Assembly (NCBI GenBank): GCA_001695645.1
Contig: LVZN01000067.1
Coordinates: forward strand, 60,001 to 92,000
DNA: 32,000 nt
Reading direction: 5' to 3'
Source: Erysipelotrichaceae bacterium MTC7
GTDB taxonomy: Bacteria > Bacillota_I > Bacilli_A > Erysipelotrichales > Erysipelotrichaceae
A program made the translations under genes and the position numbers. This document shows positions 27,761 through 32,000 of the stretch, piece by piece; positions within the stretch are counted from its first letter, which is position 1; each line of letters opens with the position of its first letter. The notes under the pieces are model-generated. The model was not told the origin of the DNA, made no database searches, and saw only the letters and a list, made by a program, of their open reading frames with translations.

Positions 27761-27974
27761 ACATATATCGAAGAAAAAGAGCTTTATGTACAAAGTCTAT
27801 AGAGAGGAAACGGTTGGTGAAAGTTTCTGATGAACTACATAAAGGACGCTTTGGAGATGCTAGTTAATCCTAGCCGTTAGCCAACGTTACAGGTCTTGAG
27901 TGCATGTATCATTACATGAACTAAGGTGGTACCGCGTATAAACGTCCTTAGCAATGAGGGCGTTTTTCTTTTAC
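27761..27974 (+). promoter_or_regulatory. T-box riboswitch leader; the specifier most likely GAC (Asp)
   Basis: AG bulge TAGAGAG, distal stem-loop GAAAC-GGTTGGTGAAA-GTTTC, helix CTTTATGTA/TACATAAAG, GAC-G at 27845-27848, T-box AACTAAGGTGGTACCGCG (27919-27936), and terminator AACGTCCTTA/TGAGGGCGTT plus a T-run (27941-27974). Confidence 0.88.
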
Positions 27975-28094
27975 CAATGAAAACATGTTGTTTATAAAAA
28001 TCATGAAGGGAAGTGGATATATGGCAACAACACAAGATTATATTGAATTTGTGATGGATCAAATCCATACGATACACGATTGTCGTTATAAAAA

Positions 28095-28343
28095 ATGTTT
28101 GGTGAATACATGGTTTATGCGAATGATAAACCCGTATTGTTGGTTTGTGATAATACTGTGTTTGTCAAAAAACATCCACGTTTAGATGAAGTTATGAAAG
28201 ATGCTAGTTGTGGTCTTCCATACCCATCTGCTAAGGAACATTATGTACTCGATATTGAAAATCGTACATTGGTTGAAACCGTTATTGATATACTAGAAGA
28301 AGTAATACCAGTACCAAAGAAAAGAAAGAAAAAAGGAGATTAA
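28095..28343 (+). CDS. TfoX/Sxy N-terminal-domain family protein, C-terminal 82 codons. The expected N-terminal 25 codons lie in another frame (28021-28095), so the gene is frameshifted or a pseudogene as assembled
   Basis: MFGEYMVYANDKPVLLVCDNTVFVKK...LPYPSAKEHYVLD...PVPKKRKKKGD is the TfoX_N layout. ATG 28095 has no SD, while ATG 28021 does. The stop lies 1 nt before hisS. Confidence 0.65.
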   Translation: MFGEYMVYANDKPVLLVCDNTVFVKKHPRLDEVMKDASCGLPYPSAKEHYVLDIENRTLVETVIDILEEVIPVPKKRKKKGD

Positions 28344-28344
28344 G

Positions 28345-29685
28345 ATGAAACAATTTCAAAACCCAAGAGGGACAAGTGATATCCTTCCAAAAGATATAAA
28401 AAAATGGCACGCAATTGAAGATGTGATTCGCCAATTTTGCATGCTTTATGATTATGAGGAGATTCGTACACCAATGTTTGAAGATACTGCGGTATTCAAA
28501 CGTGAAAATGATAGTAGTGATGTTGTAAATAAAGAAATGTATACATTTTCTATCAATGGGAAAGACTCGTTAACTTTACGTCCAGAAATGACTGCAAGTG
28601 TTGTGCGCAGCTTTGTGCAACACAAAATGTTTGGTGAAGGTGATTTACCAAAGAAGTTGTACTATGTTGGACCGATGTTCCGCTATGAACGTCCACAAAA
28701 AGGAAGACAAAGAATTTTCCACCAATTTGGTGTGGAAGTGATTGGTGCAAAAAATCCATACCTTGATGTTGAAACGATTGCCTTAGGATACTCAATTGTC
28801 TCAGCTTTAGGTATGAGCGAGCTAAAAGTTTTAGTTAATACACTTGGTGATAATGAAAGTCGTGAGGCTTACCGTAAAGCTTTAAAAGAACACTTCGAAA
28901 AAGATATCGATAACATGTGTGCGGATTGTAAACGTCGTTTACAGCAAAATCCATTGCGTTTATTGGATTGTAAAATTGATGCTGAACGCGAATCGATGAA
29001 AACAGCTCCAAGGATTGAAGATTATTTAACTGAAGAAAGTAAAGCGTACTTCGAAGCCGTTTGTGAAGGTCTAGATGGTCTTGGTATTCCTTATGAAATC
29101 GAAGATCGTTTGGTGCGTGGACTGGATTACTATACAGACACCGTATTTGAAGTTGTTTCAACAAACAAAGAAATGGGAAGTCAATCCACTGTCTTTGGTG
29201 GTGGTCGTTATGATGGACTTGTAGAATACTTTGGTGGTCCAGAATTATCGGGAATTGGTTTTGCCATGGGTATGGAACGTTTATTGATTGCCTTAGAAGG
29301 TGAAGGCGTAGCGCTTGGTGAAGAAAAAACACTTGATGCTTATGTCTTAAGTTTGAGCCCAAATACATCATTTACTGCATTGCAACTTGTTACTGAATTA
29401 CGTGCGGCTGGATACACAAGTGAAAGAGATTATCTTGATCGCTCATTTAAGGCACAATTTAAGAGCGTAGAGCGCAAAAACGCCAAAGTTGCAATAATTG
29501 TCGGTGAAAAAGATTTGATTGAAGGAAACGTGACCGTGAAAGTCATTGAAAGCCAAGAAAATATAACGGTTCCTGTTAACCAGGTTGTTGATTTGATGGA
29601 TGAGTTATTTCAAAGTGAAGATGAACACGAATGTCATTGTGAAGATGGAAACTGTGAATGCCATAACCACAGTCACCACGAATAG
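28345..29685 (+). CDS. hisS: Histidine--tRNA ligase with an unusual Cys/His-rich C-terminal tail
   Basis: PRGTSD, motif 2 FRYERPQKGRQRIFHQFGVEVIG, motif 3 GGGRYDGL and an anticodon-binding domain. AAGGAG SD. Confidence 0.94.
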   Translation: MKQFQNPRGTSDILPKDIKKWHAIEDVIRQFCMLYDYEEIRTPMFEDTAVFKRENDSSDVVNKEMYTFSINGKDSLTLRPEMTASVVRSFVQHKMFGEGDLPKKLYYVGPMFRYERPQKGRQRIFHQFGVEVIGAKNPYLDVETIALGYSIVSALGMSELKVLVNTLGDNESREAYRKALKEHFEKDIDNMCADCKRRLQQNPLRLLDCKIDAERESMKTAPRIEDYLTEESKAYFEAVCEGLDGLGIPYEIEDRLVRGLDYYTDTVFEVVSTNKEMGSQSTVFGGGRYDGLVEYFGGPELSGIGFAMGMERLLIALEGEGVALGEEKTLDAYVLSLSPNTSFTALQLVTELRAAGYTSERDYLDRSFKAQFKSVERKNAKVAIIVGEKDLIEGNVTVKVIESQENITVPVNQVVDLMDELFQSEDEHECHCEDGNCECHNHSHHE

Positions 29686-29694
29686 GAGATAAAG

Positions 29695-31434
29695 ATGAAA
29701 AGAACACATAACAATGGAGAATTGCGATTAAGCAATGTAAATGAAGAAGTAACCTTAATTGGTTGGGTAAGTAAACGCCGTAATTTTGGTGCACTTGTAT
29801 TTATCGATTTACGTGACCGCTTTGGAATTACACAATTGGTGTTTGATGAGCAACTTGCTAAGCACATCAGTAATGTTCGTAATGAATACATTTTAAAGGT
29901 TGATGGAGTTGTTGCTGAACGTAAAGATAAAAACCCAAAACTAGCAACGGGTGATATTGAAATTAAAGTAAAAGGTGTTGAAATTGTAAACACTGCCGAA
30001 ACGACACCACTTATTATCGCAGATGAAACAGATGCCTTAGAAGATACACGTCTTGTATACCGCTACTTGGATCTACGTCGTCCCGTGATGCAAAACAAGA
30101 TGATGTTACGTCATAAAATCACAAAGACCATGCGTAACTTCTTAGATGATGAAACATTTGTTGAAATCGAAACTCCGATTCTAACAAAATCAACACCAGA
30201 AGGTGCGCGTGACTACTTAGTTCCAAGTCGTATCCATGAAGGTGAATTTTATGCACTTCCACAATCTCCTCAACTATTCAAACAGCTATTGATGATTTCA
30301 GGCTTTGAAAAATACTATCAAGTTGCACGTTGTTTTAGAGATGAAGATTTACGTGCTGACCGTCAACCGGACTTTACGCAAGTGGATATTGAAATGTCAT
30401 TTATGTCAGAAGTAGAAATTCAAACCTTGTTAGAAAACATGATGGTAAAAGTGATGAAAGAAACCTTGGACTATGATTTAAAAGTTCCATTTCTACGTTT
30501 GCCTTATGAAGAAGCTATGAATCGTTATGGTTCAGATAAACCAGATAATCGTTTTGGTATTGAATTGAAAGATATCAAAGGTGTCTTTGAACATTCAGAG
30601 TTCAAAGTATTCAAAGGTGTAGAAAGCATCAAAGCGATTGTTGTGCCTGAACAAGCCAGTCTATCAAGAAAAGAAATTGATAAACTTACTGACCTTGCAA
30701 AAAAATACGGTGCAGGTGGACTTGTTTCCTTAAAATTTGTAGATGACGCACTTCAAGGTGGAGTTGTAAAATTCTTTAGTGATGCGGAAATGGCGGAACT
30801 TATCAATGTATTGAACCTACAAAACAATGACCTTGTACTCATAAGTAGTGATACATGGCAAACAACTTGTGAAGTGCTTGGGGCGTTGCGTTTACACTTT
30901 GCAGATGTATTACAACTTACAAGCAAAGATGACTTCTCATTCCTATGGGTAACGGATTTCCCACTTGTGGAATATGACAAAGAAGATGGCCGTTATTATG
31001 CAAAACACCACCCATTTACACGTCCAAAAGACGAGGACTTAAAATACCTAGATACAGCTCCAGAAAAAGTTCATGCAGCTGCATATGATATGGTGTTAAA
31101 TGGTTATGAAATTGGTGGGGGATCACTTCGTATTTACGATAATGAAGTACAAAAGAAAATGTTTAAAATCTTAGGTTTTTCTGATGAAGAAATTCAAGAG
31201 CGTTTTGGCTTCTTTGTGGATGCATTTAAATATGGAACACCACCTCATGGTGGATTTGCATATGGACTTGACCGTGTGGCGATGATTTTAAGTAAATCAG
31301 ACTCGATTCGTGATGTCATTGCATTCCCTAAAAATGCTGCTGCACGTTGTCCGATGACAGGTGCACCAGGTAAAGTTGATGACAAACAACTTGAAGAGTT
31401 GCATTTACAAGTCGTTTACAGCGAAAAAGAGTAA
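29695..31434 (+). CDS. aspS: Aspartate--tRNA ligase
   Basis: N-terminal OB fold (RTHNNGELR..VTLIGWV), motif 2 FRDEDLRADRQPDFTQVDIEMSF and motif 3 GGGSLRIY...GFAYGLDR. AGGAGA SD overlaps the hisS stop. Confidence 0.94.
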   Translation: MKRTHNNGELRLSNVNEEVTLIGWVSKRRNFGALVFIDLRDRFGITQLVFDEQLAKHISNVRNEYILKVDGVVAERKDKNPKLATGDIEIKVKGVEIVNTAETTPLIIADETDALEDTRLVYRYLDLRRPVMQNKMMLRHKITKTMRNFLDDETFVEIETPILTKSTPEGARDYLVPSRIHEGEFYALPQSPQLFKQLLMISGFEKYYQVARCFRDEDLRADRQPDFTQVDIEMSFMSEVEIQTLLENMMVKVMKETLDYDLKVPFLRLPYEEAMNRYGSDKPDNRFGIELKDIKGVFEHSEFKVFKGVESIKAIVVPEQASLSRKEIDKLTDLAKKYGAGGLVSLKFVDDALQGGVVKFFSDAEMAELINVLNLQNNDLVLISSDTWQTTCEVLGALRLHFADVLQLTSKDDFSFLWVTDFPLVEYDKEDGRYYAKHHPFTRPKDEDLKYLDTAPEKVHAAAYDMVLNGYEIGGGSLRIYDNEVQKKMFKILGFSDEEIQERFGFFVDAFKYGTPPHGGFAYGLDRVAMILSKSDSIRDVIAFPKNAAARCPMTGAPGKVDDKQLEELHLQVVYSEKE

Positions 31435-31502
31435 AAGCACAAACAAGCATAAATAACTTGGTTGTCAAGACTGCACTTTAGCAAACAAACTGATATAATA
31501 TA

Positions 31503-31691
31503 CATGTCTAGGAGTTACATATTTTCCGACACTTTGAGATAAGGGATTTTAGAAGTTGTATCACTGTGTTGAACGCCTTTGCATTGCTTAGGAATCCTAG
31601 TGTGGTACACAGAAAACCCACCTGCTAAAACAGGGAAAGATCTCCTCCTAGACATAAAATAATAACGAAAAAGCACGCAAGTGCTTTTTTT
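31503..31691 (+). ncRNA. Stand-alone structured small RNA; candidate 6S RNA (SsrS/BsrA-like)
   Basis: Extended -10 TGaTATAAT (31491-31499) lies just upstream. An 11-bp closing helix ATGTCTAGGAG (31504-14) / CTCCTAGACAT (31645-55) is followed by second-tier TTTCC/GGAAA and an apical stem TGTATCAC/GTGGTACA. These are separated by large asymmetric loops, including CCCACCTG...CAGG. It has its own terminator. The total of about 190 nt and the position after aspS fit Bacillus 6S-1 as I recall it. Confidence 0.45.
31668..31691 (+). terminator. Rho-independent terminator (ends the sRNA and probably hisS-aspS read-through)
   Basis: AAAAGCAC / GTGCTTTT with loop GCAA, followed by a T-run. Confidence 0.75.
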
Positions 31692-31703
31692 GTTTACGAT
31701 ATA

Positions 31704-31720
31704 ATTTGTATGGTACAAAT
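31704..31720. promoter_or_regulatory. GntR/AraR-type operator candidate 1
   Basis: ATTTGTA-TGG-TACAAAT, 7-bp inverted arms. Confidence 0.45.
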
Positions 31721-31763
31721 AGAATAATATCTTTGCAATCTTACGATTTTTTATGAATATTTT

Positions 31764-31824
31764 ACGGACTTTCAATTTGTACGTACAAATTATGTATTTT
31801 TTGTTGAAAGTCCGTTTTTATTTT
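31764..31824 (+). terminator. Terminator-like long hairpin enclosing operator 2
   Basis: Perfect 12-bp inverted repeat ACGGACTTTCAA (31764-75) / TTGAAAGTCCGT (31804-15) followed by TTTTTATTTT. The 28-nt loop contains the palindrome. Confidence 0.4.
31774..31791. promoter_or_regulatory. GntR/AraR-type operator candidate 2
   Basis: Perfect 18-bp palindrome AATTTGTACGTACAAATT with the same half-site as candidate 1, about 70 bp downstream of it and 63 bp before the GntR start codon. Confidence 0.55.
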
Positions 31825-31853
31825 GCTAAGGTTTGCTTGAAAAGAGGGATATT

Positions 31854-32000
31854 ATGGCAAATGCAAAATACGTAATTGTTGCAAATTGGATCAAAGAACA
31901 AATTGATAAAGGTAAACTGAGGCATGGGCAAAAAATTCAAACCGAAGCACAGTTATCCAAACAGTTTGGTTATTCACGGCAAACGATTCGACAAGCAATA
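31854..32000 (+). CDS. GntR-family transcriptional regulator (AraR-like N-terminus); the 3' end lies outside the window
   Basis: MANAKYVIVANWIKEQIDKGKLRHGQKIQTEAQLSKQFGYSRQTIRQAI is the GntR winged-HTH signature. A GAGGG SD lies upstream. Confidence 0.8.
   Translation, partial: MANAKYVIVANWIKEQIDKGKLRHGQKIQTEAQLSKQFGYSRQTIRQAI

Noticed and set aside
27915-27974. Near-identical ~50-nt segment shared with 9774-9828 (ATGAACTAAGGTGGTACCGCG...AACGTCCTTAG...AGGGCGTTTTT), which looks like a dispersed repeat
   Set aside because: These are the conserved T-box, antiterminator and terminator modules of two T-box leaders. This is family conservation, not a mobile or repeat element.
28835-29371. 178-aa ORF on the minus strand
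   Set aside because: It is entirely antisense to the well-supported hisS. The composition is skewed to His, Gln and Leu, as expected from the reverse complement of a codon-biased gene. There is no SD and no recognisable motif.
31515-31775. 86-aa ORF on the minus strand
   Set aside because: It covers the structured sRNA, its terminator and the operator palindromes. It has no SD. The region is better explained as non-coding.
1-32000. Search for CRISPR arrays, IS/transposase or integrase genes, tRNA/rRNA genes, and defence or toxin-antitoxin gene pairs
   Set aside because: I saw no regularly spaced direct repeats, no terminal inverted repeats flanking an ORF, and no recombinase or nuclease-type accessory ORFs. 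Every ORF of 100 aa or longer that I accept on the + strand has a housekeeping-type, regulator, membrane-protein or hypothetical call.

Overview
AT-rich, low-GC Bacillota-type chromosomal core region. Every CDS I can support (about 33) is on the + strand. The gene order matches Bacillus subtilis-like synteny blocks: pnp; a FemAB-type transferase; pepV-trmB-ytpP-ytpR-(acidic protein)-murC; a DUF948-like gene, a hydrophilic protein and a CcpA-like LacI regulator; T-box-tyrS; lipoprotein-MOP flippase-rsuA-thyA-folA-pdp-nadE; comN-like-secDF; recJ-apt; relA; TetR-hemolysin III; T-box-(TfoX_N-like)-hisS-aspS; a structured sRNA; and a truncated GntR/AraR-like regulator. Two T-box leaders, about ten rho-independent terminators and several sigma-A-type promoters (many with an extended -10, TGnTAxAAT) can be read directly. 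I found no CRISPR array, mobile element, rRNA/tRNA gene or defence-island-like cluster, so I cannot point to a new multi-gene system. The items most worth a second look are small-scale. (1) A TfoX_N-family gene is split at an A6 tract and sits between a T-box terminator and hisS. (2) That T-box appears to read an Asp (GAC) codon rather than a His codon. (3) HisRS carries a Cys/His-rich C-terminal tail. (4) A roughly 190-nt stand-alone structured RNA downstream of aspS may be 6S RNA. (5) Nested palindromes (AraR-type boxes inside a terminator-like hairpin) lie upstream of the GntR gene. (6) An array of 8-bp half-sites overlaps the promoter of the operon that encodes the LacI regulator. (7) recJ may be leaderless. 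(8) An orphan stretch with tiny hydrophobic ORFs lies where dtd sits in Bacillus. All functional calls come from motif and architecture recognition by eye; no database search was run.
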